Assembly (NCBI RefSeq): GCF_006345805.1
Contig: NC_043012.1
Location: 49,600,001-49,664,000 of the forward strand
Origin: Octopus sinensis
Lineage: Eukaryota
Direction of reading: 5' to 3'
Length of the DNA: 64,000 bases
This document shows, in pieces, positions 13,224 through 27,700 of the stretch. The first letter of the stretch is position 1. Every line of letters starts with the position of its first letter. A program made the position numbers and the translations under genes. A model generated the notes under the pieces. The model made no database searches. It was not told where the DNA came from and worked only from the letters and a program-made list of their open reading frames with translations.

Positions 13224-13435
13224 AAGACGGCGAACTGACAGAATCGTTTTCCCACCGGGCAATATGCTTAGCAGCATTTCGTCCTTCTTTACCTTCTGAG
13301 TTCAAATTCCATCGAGGTCGACGTTGCCATCAAGTTTTTCGGGGTTGATAAAATAATACTAGTTAAGCACTTGGGTCGGTGTAATCGACTCAGCCCTTTC
13401 CCCTGTATTGCTTGTCTTGTACCAAAGTTTATAAT
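13224..13435 (+). mobile_element. Degraded SINE family A
   Basis: GACGGCGAACTGACAG..GAGTTCAAATTCC..GGGGTTGATAAAATAA. Confidence 0.8.
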
Positions 13436-14899
13436 GAATATACCTTAAAAGTTCATAAAAGGACAAAAACAAAGTAGACAAACACTTCTACCAGCTAGTT
13501 TGCAATAGCATGTCCCTTAGTTTTCCTTAATTTGCTCAATCTGTTTGGCAAGATATCATATATGATTTTCTACCATGAAATATCAGTTCTGATCTTTCAT
13601 ATTTCAAGGTTTCCCAGAGTTGATCAACGATGGCAAATTTATGGCAACAATTGTGTTCCTAATACAAACTCAATATGGGATGCAGACCTGCACTTTGACC
13701 TCACTAGTTTTTGGTACACTCGCATGAATGTCAGGAACATTATAATGTTGAAAAATGATTTCATTATTTTATTACGATTAATTTATCAGAGCGAAGAATA
13801 AATCTGTAACAGTTTTATGTGATCTACCTGCAATAGTTTTAGGTTACCTATTTATAACAACTTTAGGTATTGCAAGGCAGTTGTTGATGGCTTAAACCTT
13901 ATACCTTTACCAACGAAATTGCTGACTGGTAATGATTTTGTTGTTTAAAAGAGGCTGCGTAACACGTATTTTAGAGTTAAAACCAGGATTCTTGTATCTT
14001 TTTGTCAAGGTAATTTTTGATTATAGTTATATTTTGTGAAGCCAGAAATCAGAAACAGGTTTTTCTTCATATCATGATGAAATAAGGATTTCAGGTGTTT
14101 ATGATATTTACTTGCAGTAGTTTATGCTTTATGTAAAAGAAAGGAAGTAGAAACCTAACTTCTGTATTGGTGACAGAAAAATAATGATCTTTATCCCTAT
14201 CACGAGCTTATGGATTTCTGAGAAAGTTGTACGCACTTCACAAAGAATAGCAATTTGCTTTTTATTGTCCACATGAGATAGAAAATTTTTCTCTGAATCC
14301 TTATCTAGCACAAAAGTAAAATAAAAAAAAAATCATAAATTAATTTATCTACACAAGAGAAAATTTATGTTATATGCACGGATAATTTTATTCAAACGTT
14401 GAATGGATGCTGTTGAACGTTTCTACTTAAGAACATTTTTTGACACTTTAATAGTTTTTCATTTTCTCGGTTATAATGAACAAGCAAACAGCATGATTTT
14501 TATCTCTCCTGTCTTAACTGAGATATTGGTGTTGATGGAAAACATGAACATTTTCAGTTCGGAAAGTTTTAGTTTCATTTTTCTTGCTACAAATTCATAT
14601 CCAACTTTGAAAATTACGTTCCTCACCTGAAAGCTTGCAGTGAAAAACTTGTAATATTTGGATCAAATATCCCATATAGAATGGTAATTCGCATTATATT
14701 TTATCTCCATATCATCAAAAATCACTATGGCTCAATTTTTAAACAAGACTTTAATTTCTCTGCGACATTCATAGCGGCACATCGAAAGAGTTTATCATTG
14801 TAGCACTCGGCAAGGCCCAATGGATTGAACATGCAAATACCATGGCCGTTTGAAGAAAAAGTGTCTCATGAAGAACGGTTCATTTATTGGTACATACTA

Positions 14900-14901
<2 letters not shown>

Positions 14902-14952
<51 letters not shown>

Positions 14953-15000
14953 ACACACACACACACTCACACACACACACACACTCACACACACACACGC
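14902..15000. repeat. (CA)n microsatellite
   Basis: Direct reading. Confidence 0.95.
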
Positions 15001-15760
15001 ACTACACTTGTTTCAAAAAGTACTTTGGATGCATGTTAAGCAATATTTTGCATGTCTGTTAGTGTACGGTATCCTTTCTCAAGACAAAGAAAACAAAAAT
15101 ATACAGAAAAAAGGAATGGAGATAAGAATCAGTTAAAATCGAATGGCATGCATTTTACACATGATTAGCTTTTAATATTGAATAAGTGTGTTTTCATTTT
15201 ATTATCAGCATACTCAAATTATCGCAGCATTCACATTAGATTATCATCTCATTAATGTATCTGTGACGTCAATGCTGGGAGACCAGAGCATTGAATACTT
15301 TTGAGATATAAAACAGTGTCATCAAAACTTTACGGGGAAACCAGGGAAGGGGGGAAGAAGGAAAAAAACAAAAAAATTGACAAAGAATGTAGAAAGGACA
15401 GAGTAAGCTAATAATGTATGTTTACTTATATGGTTACACACATGGCAACATTGTTTTAAACACAAAAAGAGGGAAACTATGTAGAAGTACGCATACAAAA
15501 CATATACCATCTGTACACAAATATTAATATATCTAAACAAAAATACATGCACACACACGCCCACACACACGCACACACATACACTCACTAAAAAATGCAT
15601 AATATATATTTTCCGATATACATCTGACCCAAACATGCAAATAAGTACCAACTACTTTTTATGTACGCACATACAAAACATAAATAAATAAAAATATAAG
15701 TTAAGGTACAAATGTACTTTGGCGTAAATTGTAAAACGAGTACAATTGCTTCATATGGAA

Positions 15761-16300
15761 AGTTAAGTTAAGTTAATTTTTTGGCTCAAAAAGCAAAAGC
15801 AAGGCCATGTAGGGGGACATGGAGTTATGTACTGGGAGGGTGTTCATGCAAAGAGTTCAGGCCATTTCTGGTCAAGAGAGACTTTGAACCGAGCGGTCGT
15901 CGGCATCCTCACTATCTCGTCCAGCAGCTTATTCCACGGATCCGCAACCCGGGCGGAGAAAGCCCCTCGCGTTCGATTGAGATGAAATCGTCGCAGATAG
16001 AGATTTTCGGAGTGGCCCTGCAGCCGACGCTCTGGAGCAGGAGGGAAGAACAGCTCTTTCGAGAGGTTACACTTTCCGCTTATGAAGTTGTAAGCGAGAA
16101 TGAGATCACCACGGCGTCGTCGTTTTTCTAGAGAATAAAGGTCGAGAGTCTTCAGCCTTTCTTTATAAGACAAATGCTTGAGACCAAGAACCATGCGGGT
16201 AGCCAGCTTCTGGACTCTTTCGAGATGATGTATATCTTTGAGGAGGTAAGGAGAAGAGGCCTGAATCCTGTACTCCAATATGGGTCTCACCAGCGTAGAC
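15761..16300 (-). mobile_element. CR1-clade LINE, 5'-truncated 3' end with (TAACT)n tail
   Basis: LVRPILEY..DIHHLERVQKLATRM..LSYKERLKTLDLYSLEKRRRRGDLILAY..WNKL is the typical CR1 ORF2 C-terminus; a short 3' UTR and tandem tail follow. Confidence 0.92.
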
Positions 16301-17231
16301 ATATCATAACAAGTGATATGACAACGAACACAATCATAAACGAGTAGAATATCGGTGCAAGTACGTAGCCGGGAATCATGCAAACGGAATCGATCGAACG
16401 ATCTCTAGATAAATGTATAATATTAGATGTATGCAATAACACGCACAAAGCCAAATATACCTTCACGTATAATAACGCTGGAAGTTAATTAAAATGATGG
16501 CAGAAATAAGGAACAGTGGGAAAAGGAAAAGAAACTTAAACAGACATGTTAATGAAGATACAAAAAACACATACATGCACACTTAAGTACGATAAAGCCG
16601 TAGGCATATAAAAAATGAAGCATGGAAACATATAAGTAGAACGAGTTAAGATATACGAGACAGAAGGGCATTAGAAAATAGCTGAAGCAATAAAATGATA
16701 GTAGGGAATAAAATGATAAAACGATAGTACATCACCACGTAGAACCTTTTTTGTTCCTTTTTTCCTATTACTCTGATTTTGAATTCCTCTCCACGAGGCA
16801 TTATTTTCAAGTACAATGTCGTATGCATCTGACGTGAAGACATATACGAAATGCTACGTAATCTACATACGATGTTGTATTTGAAACAAGTGTATTACTT
16901 AGTGACCTTTTCCGTACATATTTTTTACGGATTTGATTATTGCATTACAAGTAAGGTTCGATGCCTTTGAAGTGGAGTTGTATAGCAATTGTCATCGGAA
17001 ATTTCTGTTTAATATCGATATGGGACGAACTGTATGTTACGCAGGGCTAAATAAATTTTATCAATCAATGATCGCATCCTCGCAGTTCTTAGTAGAAGAG
17101 GTGCTTATGCTAGAAACTAACAAACTGCATGTTACCGTCATCATACGACTGATCCTGCTACATACATCCATGCATATATACACACGTATACAGAAAATAA
17201 ATATAGACATCAGAGTGCAATGATATATATA

Positions 17232-17260
<29 letters not shown>

Positions 17261-17262
<2 letters not shown>

Positions 17263-17631
17263 ACGTGGCACTCCGTCGGTTACAACGAAGGTTCCAGCTG
17301 ATCCCATCAATGGAACAGCTTGCTCGTGAAATTAACACGCAAGTGGCTGAGCACTCCACTGACACGTGTACCCTTAACGTAATTCCCGGGGAGATTCTGC
17401 GTGACACAGAGTGTGACAAGGGAGGCTCTTCTAAATACAGGTACAACAGAAACAGGAAGAAAGAGTGGGTGAAAGTTCTGGTGAAAGAGTACAGTAGAGT
17501 TTGCCACCACCCTCTGCTGGAGCCTCGTGGGGCTTTAGGTATTTTCACTTAATAAACAGTCACAACTTTCGGTCTGGGAATCGAAACGGTGAGTCTGCTT
17601 CCCTAACCATTGAGTCATTGCGCCTCCTCAG

Positions 17632-17632
<1 letters not shown>
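17261..17632 (-). mobile_element. tRNA-derived SINE family C, tandem copy 1
   Basis: Head GAGGCGCAATGACTCAATGGTTAG, B box GTTTCGATTCC; flanked by (TA)n. Confidence 0.85.
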
Positions 17633-17669
<37 letters not shown>

Positions 17670-17689
17670 ATATATTATATATATATATA

Positions 17690-18060
17690 TAACGTGGCAT
17701 TCCGTCTGTTACAACGAAGGTTCCAGCTGATCCCATCAATGGAATAGATTGCTCGTGAAATTAACGCGCAAGTGGCTGAGCACTCCACTGACATGTGTAC
17801 CCTAACATAATTCCCGGGGAGATTCTGCGTGACATAGAGTGTGACAAGGGTGGCTCTTCTAAATACACGTACAAGAGAAACAGGAAGAAAGAGTGGGTGA
17901 AAGTTCTGGTGAAAGAGTGCAGTAGAGTTTGCCCCCACCCTCTGCTGGAGCCTCGTGGGGCTTTAGATATTTTCACTTAATAAACAGTCACAACGTCCGG
18001 TCTGGGAATCGAAACGGTGAGTCTGCTTCCCTAACCATTGAGTCATTGCGCCTCTTTAGT
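17690..18060 (-). mobile_element. tRNA-derived SINE family C, tandem copy 2
   Basis: Colinear with copy 1, offset 429 bp, roughly 5% diverged by eye. Confidence 0.85.
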
Positions 18061-18782
18061 ATATATATATATATATATACTGTGTGTGTGTGTGTGTGTG
18101 TGTAAGTGTGTGTGTGTGTGTGTGTGTGTTTGTGTTTGCGTGTTTACGGTTAGTTTCCACAGAACTCCCGCACATAAGCCATTAGAGAGGCTGGAGTTAT
18201 GATAACAAAACGGAACTTGCTATTACATATTGGAATCGAAACCGGAGTTACACGTTTGCTATACGAAAAGTGTAACAGTGCAACTTTGCCTACATCCGTT
18301 TACGAACCAGGCGGGTAGTACAGAGCTGTGTAGAATTAATTAGTTCATATACATCGTAGTGTGATACGTAATTTTACTTTTGTGTTTTGTTTTTAGTTTA
18401 TGCATGCAAGACTGATTGATTTTATATATAGCATCCTGCTCTCTTATTTATTTATTAATAAGACAATTTCGTAATGAATTTATACACATACACCACGCAC
18501 GCACGCACATATATACGCACGATTTTATTGAGTTCTCTATATGACATGTTGAATATGTAGTTACACATTCCATCAAATGAATAAATCAACGGGAATCAAA
18601 AAGTCATACTTGCAAAAGTATGTTTTTGGCTGTCGTTTTTATTTCATTGTAGTTTTAACATTGGAGTAAATCTAATCAACATATTTCAATGCCACAATCT
18701 TACACCCTCACGCAAACACACAGGTGTGTGTGTGTGCGTGTGTGTTTTGAGTGCGTGTGTGCGTGTGCGTGTGAATGTGTTG

Positions 18783-18991
18783 ACGAAGGGATGCTGAACA
18801 GTTCCTGGCTTTAAAGGTGTCAAGAAAAGCCTGGTTGGAGGCCCAATCTTTAGAGTTCTTTCACAGGTGTTAGAAAAACTGCAATAGGTGAGTGTATCTG
18901 AGATGGTAATAAGTTGAATAAAATCATAATTAACTGATCCTCTTGTATTTTCTTTGCTCCAAAGCCAGGAAATTTTCAGTAACCCCTCGTA
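18783..18991 (+). mobile_element. Mariner-derived MITE (~210 bp)
   Basis: Imperfect ~30 bp TIRs: ACGAAGGGATGCTGAACAGTTCCTGGCTTT and the reverse of AAAGCCAGGAAATTTTCAGTAACCCCTCGTA. The interior resembles a decayed transposase C-terminus. Confidence 0.75.
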
Positions 18992-19129
18992 TATATATAT
19001 ATGGTGGTTGGTCATACATCTCGTGACAGGTTTTGAGATTTTTCGTCCTGTAGTGAGTTCCCCGCAAAACTGTCTCCTTACTATGTTATACTAGTTGAAT
19101 TTTGCATACAACTACACCAACGGCTTGGA

Positions 19130-19735
19130 CATAAACTGGCTGAGTTTCAAGTGAATGTCTTGCGTACATAGAAAGCTGGACTTGATTCCTTTGTGGATCT
19201 CTTTGCTGATTGACTCCCATTTTGCTTTATTGAAATTCAGATTGGATAAGAATGAGTTCTCCTGATAGGGTAGAACATAGCAGTTCGCTCAGGGCCATAT
19301 ATAGCTAGTTAATTAAGGTTGTGATCTGAGAGTGCTGTTAGCGTCACATTAACATTATAGACAAGGTCCACATATTGTGAAGCAGAGGTCCAAGATGTTG
19401 TTTCCCTTGGTTGGCCTGAGTATCACTTGGTCCATGAACAGTATATTAGAAAATTCAAGTAATGACTCTACATGCTTTTGTTCGTACAGTGACATCCCAG
19501 AGAGGATGTGGCTTGCTGGCCATTTAAGATGTAGGAGGTTGAAGTCACTCAGGAAAAGTATGTTGATGTTCTGATCTAGGTTTGTCAAAACCATTTCGAT
19601 ATGTTTGAGGCTATCCACTAATTTGCCATCATATTTTGTGGAATTGGGCGGACGATATATTTTGCATACAACTACACCAACTAGCTTTATGTGTTTTATT
19701 AGGGTTTCACATTCAAACTCGGTTTGAATGTGACA
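19130..19735 (-). mobile_element. APE endonuclease fragment of a CR1/L2/Jockey-group LINE
   Basis: IYRPPNS, ILFLSDFNL, PTKGNNILDLCFT, then SDHN and LNFNKAKWE in shifted frames. Confidence 0.85.
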
Positions 19736-19736
19736 G

Positions 19737-19774
<38 letters not shown>

Positions 19775-20119
19775 GAGGGGTTTTTTCTGTCTACAAAGTT
19801 CACTCATATGGTTGTAGACGGCTCAACAAAACTAAAACTTGGAAGTGCTAAGCTAAAACCAGATAAGTGAATTGACTGAAGAAATTGTTCCACAAGGACG
19901 AGAAATGCTTAAAACCACAGATATCGGAATGAGTCGTTTCACATTCATTGGGTTTTGCATAATTTACACACAGCCACTTAATATACAGGCTGCCAAGTTT
20001 TAGTTACATCAATACCTGTTTAGCTACTGTCAAACTATACTGGCTTCAAATTTCGGTCTAGTATTTATTGTTTCGGTACCTTTTAGTGAAGATGTAAAAC
20101 TACGTTGTAATCACGCAAC

Positions 20120-20315
20120 AGAGAAGTCCTAACGTTAGCGATGAGGAAATTCACTGATGCAATCGTTGCTTTTAAGCTTTAGTCATCTTTACGAGATTAT
20201 TTCTCAGACGATACACTGGTGCTTATGACGTTTAATCGGTGATTCCAAATCAAGTTGGATGTGCATGCTAATATTTGCTAGAAGAACTGTTTCCATCGCT
20301 TATTGGTTATATAAA
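20120..20315. repeat. Unclassified dispersed repeat, homologous to 28788-28990
   Basis: Shared GAAGTCCTAAC..GATTATTTCTCAGACGATACA..GATTCCAA.TCAAGTTGG..AAGAACTGTTT. Confidence 0.75.
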
Positions 20316-20644
20316 ACGCGCGCGCGTGTTATACATACATCAAAAACATTCGAATGTTTACATTCGAAATAAGATGTTACTACTGTTAATACCATGTACT
20401 ACTGTTAATATCATCTATGGCAAATATTTTTAATTCATAGAATTAACAGCAGTAACATGGGCTGTTTACTGGTTTAATAGAATTATAAGCTATAAAATAT
20501 AAAATTTGCACGATGTCTTAAGTATGCAGTGAGCACCAACCTATTTAGAAATGAGCGCTAAAGTCTCAATTCACCTGCCAGAAGGCACGAAAATAGTCGA
20601 AAATAACAGTATGCGAGGAAACGGACAAAGAATTAAAACGCATA

Positions 20645-21037
20645 CTCTTTTACTCTTTTATTTGTTTCAGTCATTTGACTGTGGCCATGCTGGAGCACCG
20701 CCTTTAGTCGAGCAAATCGACCCCAGGACTTATTCTTTGTAAGCCTAGTACTTATTCTATCGATCTCTTTTTGCCGAACCGCTAAGTTACGGAGACGCAA
20801 TCACACCAGCATCGGTTGTCAATCGATGCTTGGGGGACAAACGCACTAACACACACACACACACACATATATACATATATACGACGGGCTTCCTTCAGTT
20901 TCCGTCTACCAAATCCACTCACAAGGCTTTAGTAGGCTATAGTAGAAGACACTTGCCCAAGGTGCCACGCAGTGGGACTGAACCCAGAACCATGAGGTTG
21001 GTAAGCAAGCTACTTACCACACAGCCACTCCTGCGCC
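20645..21037 (-). mobile_element. tRNA-derived SINE family D, full length, with internal microsatellite
   Basis: Head GGCGCAGGAGTGGCTGTGTGG, B box GGTTCAGTCCC, CORE-like CCTTGGGCAAGTGTCTT, tail AAAGAGTAAAAGAG. Confidence 0.9.
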
Positions 21038-22244
21038 TATAAACATCTTATATATATCGTTATGAGATTGCTCTTTGTTGCAAATGTATGGTGAGCCAAA
21101 ATGTTCTACTAGCATGTCTAAGCGTAACAGCTGTGGTCTTCAAGTTTGCAATTTTCAGTTTTATTTCGAATTTATAGATGACACTGATCATTGCTACCTT
21201 ATTGGAGTTTTTACATGTTCGATGTCCGTTATTCATAAGCTGCCTTCTGGTTTTGTTGTTTTCTGTAGTATACTTGTAGTTTAAGCTTGTGATCAGGTAT
21301 CTTGAATACTAGTACAGCACTCTGTCGTAGGCTCACAGTACATTTACAAGGAGCAATTGCAGAATATTGTAACATACAGCAAAACTAATTTAGAGAAATG
21401 CTTGAGGATAATGTCTACGTAAAAATAAAGGTTCTCAATAAGTATAAGATTGATATTTGAGTCTGTACTCATATTCCAATACAATGCCTAAATAAACACA
21501 AAAACTATGCACACCTGAAAGCATTAACAAGTAACTGGGAGCATAAAAACGTGATATATCAAAATTTGACCACAACAAACAAATGAACGCCTGAGTACTG
21601 TTGTGTAATTCTAATAGTCGAAAGCATTTGTCGGGAAAGTCTACACAAATTCAATCTGAATATAAAAAACAACGCAGTAAAAATTCATAATTCATTGCTC
21701 CCTGAACAACAACATGTATACAGTTGAATCTGTTAGTCTAACAGCATATATGTTGTTAAATTTGCTGGAGTAACATGTCAAATATTGACCTGCATTTGGT
21801 AGCCAGGAGATTTGGCTAATTATATGATAATGCATTGCATAATCTTATGTAAGTTGCATGCCTCACATAACTGAATGCAAGATGTTATGTCATAACAATA
21901 TCTCCAAATAAAACAGAATAGCTAAAATATAATCAACTCGTCTTAAAAACAAACGCACGCGCGTACACATATGTACTTGGAGCGTTCGCCACCTCACCTC
22001 GTTAGGGCTTAGCAGCGCTTACTGGTTGCTTTCACTGTTCTGTATATGTTACCAAATTTGACCCTCTGCAAATCCCAAATTTTATTTTGCCTTACGGGAG
22101 CAACTATTTTTTTCGAAATGTGGAGTAGATAAAACAGACGACAACTGATGTTTCCATTTGCTTCTTTCGTTGTTCGCAAAAAAAGTTCGTATTGCATGTT
22201 TTCGTATTTCATGTTGTTTAGGTCTTATTACGTGCTATACCTAT

Positions 22245-22247
22245 ATA

Positions 22248-22330
<83 letters not shown>

Positions 22331-22349
22331 GATATATATATATATATAC

Positions 22350-22383
<34 letters not shown>

Positions 22384-22388
22384 GATAT

Positions 22389-22464
<76 letters not shown>

Positions 22465-22899
22465 CTTATATATATATATATACTTATATATATATATATA
22501 TATATTATATATATCCATACATATATATATGTATATATATATAATATATATATTTTTACACACATGTACATACACAAATATATATGTGCTTGTGTATCTC
22601 TCTCTTTCTATATATATATGATAACGGTGACGATATTGATTGCCGCATCTTGTCAAATGGTAGTGTAGATTCCTTCTTGGGATGTTTAAGCTTTCTTAGC
22701 CCATTACTATGTTATTTAGTATTTTAATATTTTTGAATACTGCTGCATATGTTCGTCTAATTATTTACATGCTGTTATGTACGGCAAATGTTTTTGGAAT
22801 GGAGCTGCTCATTTTCTATCAAATGTTTCCTCATTTATTACCTATATTTCATGTATCCATTACTATAGAATTTATTCCCTTAATAATATTGTTAGATAG

Positions 22900-22963
<64 letters not shown>

Positions 22964-23427
22964 CGGGAAGCTTAATGAAAATAGACAAAAGACGAAGGCA
23001 GGTGGGAAACAAACAAACAATTATATATATATATATCTATATATATATATATACGTATACCTCGTACAAAAAATATGTCAGTTCAGAAGAATTCACGTAA
23101 ACATTTTTTATATCTTTGAGCGCAGGATATAATATTCAGCAGTGTAAATGAAGCGTTATAAATGAAAACATGTATAACTGGAAAGCGTAAGAGTGAAATA
23201 TGGCAGATTAATTAACCTAATTGTAGGATATTCACTCTGCAACAGGGCCGATTTCGGATTTTTCTTGTCCATTACATGTTTTTAAGTATTGTGGCATATG
23301 TATATACACATGCATGCATACATATATGTATACGTTACATATACGTATATGTAGACCTATGCATATATATGTATGTGTACATAAGTATATATCAACGTAG
23401 TTTACATTTATTCATGCTGTATATATA

Positions 23428-23472
<45 letters not shown>

Positions 23473-24680
23473 TGTATGTGTATTTCCACATCATTTCCGC
23501 ATCATATTCATTGGACTACTTTAATTTCTTAATTCGCTACTAACTCACCACTAATCTCTTGGGTTGCTCCTAACCTTGGATAGAATGAAAATTGCGATCT
23601 AAGTTTTCTCTCTTTCATTCGCAGCTTGAAATAATTGAAATTATGTTAAATCTTGCATTGAGTATTCTCGCATTTAGTTATATTAAGATGTAATTTATGG
23701 TAGACAAAGGTTACTGTACATTGTATGAGTCAGAGATTTTTATTATAATATTTCACAATATACACGAAGTACTTTCTAAAAGTGTTCGTCCGTAGCTGCA
23801 GAGTAAAGAGAATTCGCGCCATGTTCTTCATTTATATTTCAAAGCATTCACTTTTATCGTTCCCCAAAAGATATGACTATCAGTCATCTCTCAAATTCAT
23901 AACTAAGACTTTAAATCGGTTGAGAAAACAACATCATATTTCATAAACATATCTATGAATATGTCGTTAAATTTGATACGTAAAAACAACTCTTCCAGTT
24001 CACATTTCGAATACATTAATTCTTTTCTCATATTTGATGTAATGCGCCAAAAATTTTATATTGAGCGCTAATACAAAAACTTGTATATTCTTTTAACGAA
24101 TTAAAATGTATTTTGAGGAAAAGACGTGAGTTTATCATATACATACGAACGCATCCCCACGGTCATGTATACACATATATATACCTGCACATACATATTT
24201 ATATAACTATATACATTTATATATACGCATGAAAGTGTATACGGCTAACGATATGACGCATACACATCCGCAATCATATATACACGCACATTTCTATGTA
24301 TATTTATATATGAATAGGTCCAGATGTCTATGCATTAATACAAACATAGAAGTCTGCACACTTGGCACGTACGCACACGTACGCACATACAAAACATTAC
24401 ACACACACGCATTTATATATACGAACAGGTGCATAAAGACACACACATACACAACATAAATATAAATATATATATATATACATATATATGAGTATATTTA
24501 TATATATATATATTTATATATATATATATGTATATGCATATACATATATATATATTTACATATATTATATATGTATATATATACACATACACACACCATA
24601 TATAATATTATCTTATATATACACATACCCACTAATATATAGTTATATATATATATATATTTTATATACATATATATATA

Positions 24681-24725
<45 letters not shown>

Positions 24726-25269
24726 ATATATTATATATATATATATAATTTCATTCATATACACGAGCACATAACTTTTCTGACAATCAGAAGATCGTTA
24801 ATAGATGAATGTTGTGCAGCGGCGCTTATAAGAGATCAAAAGATAAAATACGTTGTTAAATATAGATGTTTTTCCAATTCTACGATTAGAATAAAAGCCA
24901 GCCTGGTCGATGGAGGAAAATATGTGAGCACATTATTAATATCAGGCGCAGATAATCGACATGCATACAAATATATGCTTGTGTGCGTGTTTGTGTGTGA
25001 GCGTGCGCGTACATGAAACAGTGTATATTGATATGTGTGTGTATGAGTACATTCATACATATATATATAAAGGTATGTCTATTATATAGTATATATATAT
25101 ATTATATTGTATATATATATTATATATATATATACACAAGCATATATATATACAATATGTGTATATGTAGATATATATAAATGTATATGTAAATGTATAT
25201 AATATATATATATATATACAAATACAATATAAGAGTGATTGTGAGATAAGTATAAATATACATATATAA

Positions 25270-25309
<40 letters not shown>

Positions 25310-25349
25310 TTATATATACATATATATATGCATATATATGATATATATA

Positions 25350-25402
<53 letters not shown>

Positions 25403-26802
25403 TAAAGCTGTGTGTGTGTATGTGTGTATCTGTCTGTGACAGTGTATGCGTATGCCATGTAAATTATGTCAAGCTGGCGACAGGATAAGTATTTTTGCAC
25501 ACGTGTAGGTATATATCAATGTAGAATTCTTTTTTCTTTTCTAATATCCGTGTTATGTCTGTATTTTGGCGTGCGTTTTTACCGAATGTCAGACTACATA
25601 GTGCGTGCAATTGTAACATGAAATTCGTGCGAACAGCGTGTATATATATATATGTACATATAAATACATACATATATACATATATATGTGTGTGTATATA
25701 TATATATATATATATTATAATGTCGAGCACTCCTTTGCAAGTATTAATGGAACTGAATTCACGCGCACGTGCGCATAAAACATATTAATACTTCTATGAA
25801 ACCACATACCAGTGCGTCCTGCCTTCACATCATAAAATTATTTTTATTTTCTTAGCTCACATAATCACAAGCACATACAAACTCAGACACACAGAGACAC
25901 ACAGACACACATACATATTGACGCACATGCATGCAGGCACACACATATCACTCTTTCTCTCTCTCTTGCTATATATATTTATATATATATATATATACAT
26001 TTACATATATAGATATATATACATATATTTACATATATATATATATATATGAAGAGAGAGAGACACATATATATATATGTATATGTATATATGAATTATA
26101 TATACCTATTATTATGTATATACTTATACACATGTTTACCTCTATGCACACATATATACATATTTATACATATACCTATATACACGAACTCATGGCTATA
26201 TATAGTTAGCTATAAATACATGAACACATCGCATACACATGTAAATTCACACATGCATTGAAAAATGTGACTTGCGCATAAAAAGACAACTGAACATGTC
26301 TAATCAGTCAATATAGATAGATACGTATATACATATAAACTTACACAGATGTACGCACATACGCACACACGTACAAACACACCTGGAATGATATGTACAT
26401 ATATGTGTTCCTGTGATGTGATGTCTGTACATCTTTATATATGTGCGCATGGTTGTGAGTCTGTAATGCCTATAATGTAAATAATTCATATCTATGTGCC
26501 TCTAAATTATGATTTGCATTATATATTAAACAACCTATAAATCAATGTGTCATCTAGTTCTTTTTTTTTAAATCACTCTTTTCCCTGGTTTTGTCTTTGT
26601 GAATATGTATGTAACTGCTGTGTATGTAGGTATGTATGCATGTATATATGTATATCTGGGTGTATGTCCGTGTGTATGTATGTGTGTGTCTGTCTGCATG
26701 TATACATGTATATAAGAATATAAGTACATGAATGTATATATATATGCAACTATATACATACATAAACACAGACATTCCCACCCATAATATATATATATAT
26801 AA

Positions 26803-26839
<37 letters not shown>

Positions 26840-26917
26840 TGTATATATATATATATGTACATATAAATACATACATATATATATATATAATATATATATT
26901 ATATATAATAATATATA

Positions 26918-26961
<44 letters not shown>

Positions 26962-26972
26962 ATATATATATA

Positions 26973-27037
<65 letters not shown>

Positions 27038-27700
27038 TGTATGTATGCATGTATATGTATATATCTGTTCAATAGTCTATGTATGCAACACTGTGACTAC
27101 AAATCTTAATCTTTCCATCATAAATCAATCAATTTATCTTTGTGTATCTATATTTATATTTAGCTATCTATCAAAACCTCACCAGATGTCAGATGAAAAT
27201 TGAATTCTGCTTGTCTATCATTTTAGTATCTATCCATTTATCCATCTATCCATCTATACATCTATCCATATTTTGATTTTTTTATATAGATATTTCTCTC
27301 CTTGCCTATCGTAATTATCATATCTGTCTATGAATCAATTTGTCTCAATATCTCCTACTTGACTTGCTCTCACTATAACCCTAACCCCTCCCCAAATTGT
27401 AGTCTCTTTTATTCTCTCTCATTCTCATCTCACACACACATACATATATACATACATATGGCCATGTATAAAAAATATATAACATACGTACCTATATAAA
27501 TTTATATACATATGTTTATATATATATATATATCTGTGTGTATGTGTGTGTGTGAGTGTGTGTCCATACTTATATATATATGTATATATATATATATATA
27601 TTATATATATATATATATATATGTGTGTATATATATATATATGTAAGTATATTTGGATATCTATATCTATATCTAAGTGTATATATTACACACACACACA
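22245..27700. repeat. Extended low-complexity block of (TA)n, (CA)n and (TATG)n arrays with short spacers
   Basis: Major TA tracts at 22245-22550, 24460-24750, 25080-25400 and 26780-27060. Confidence 0.9.
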
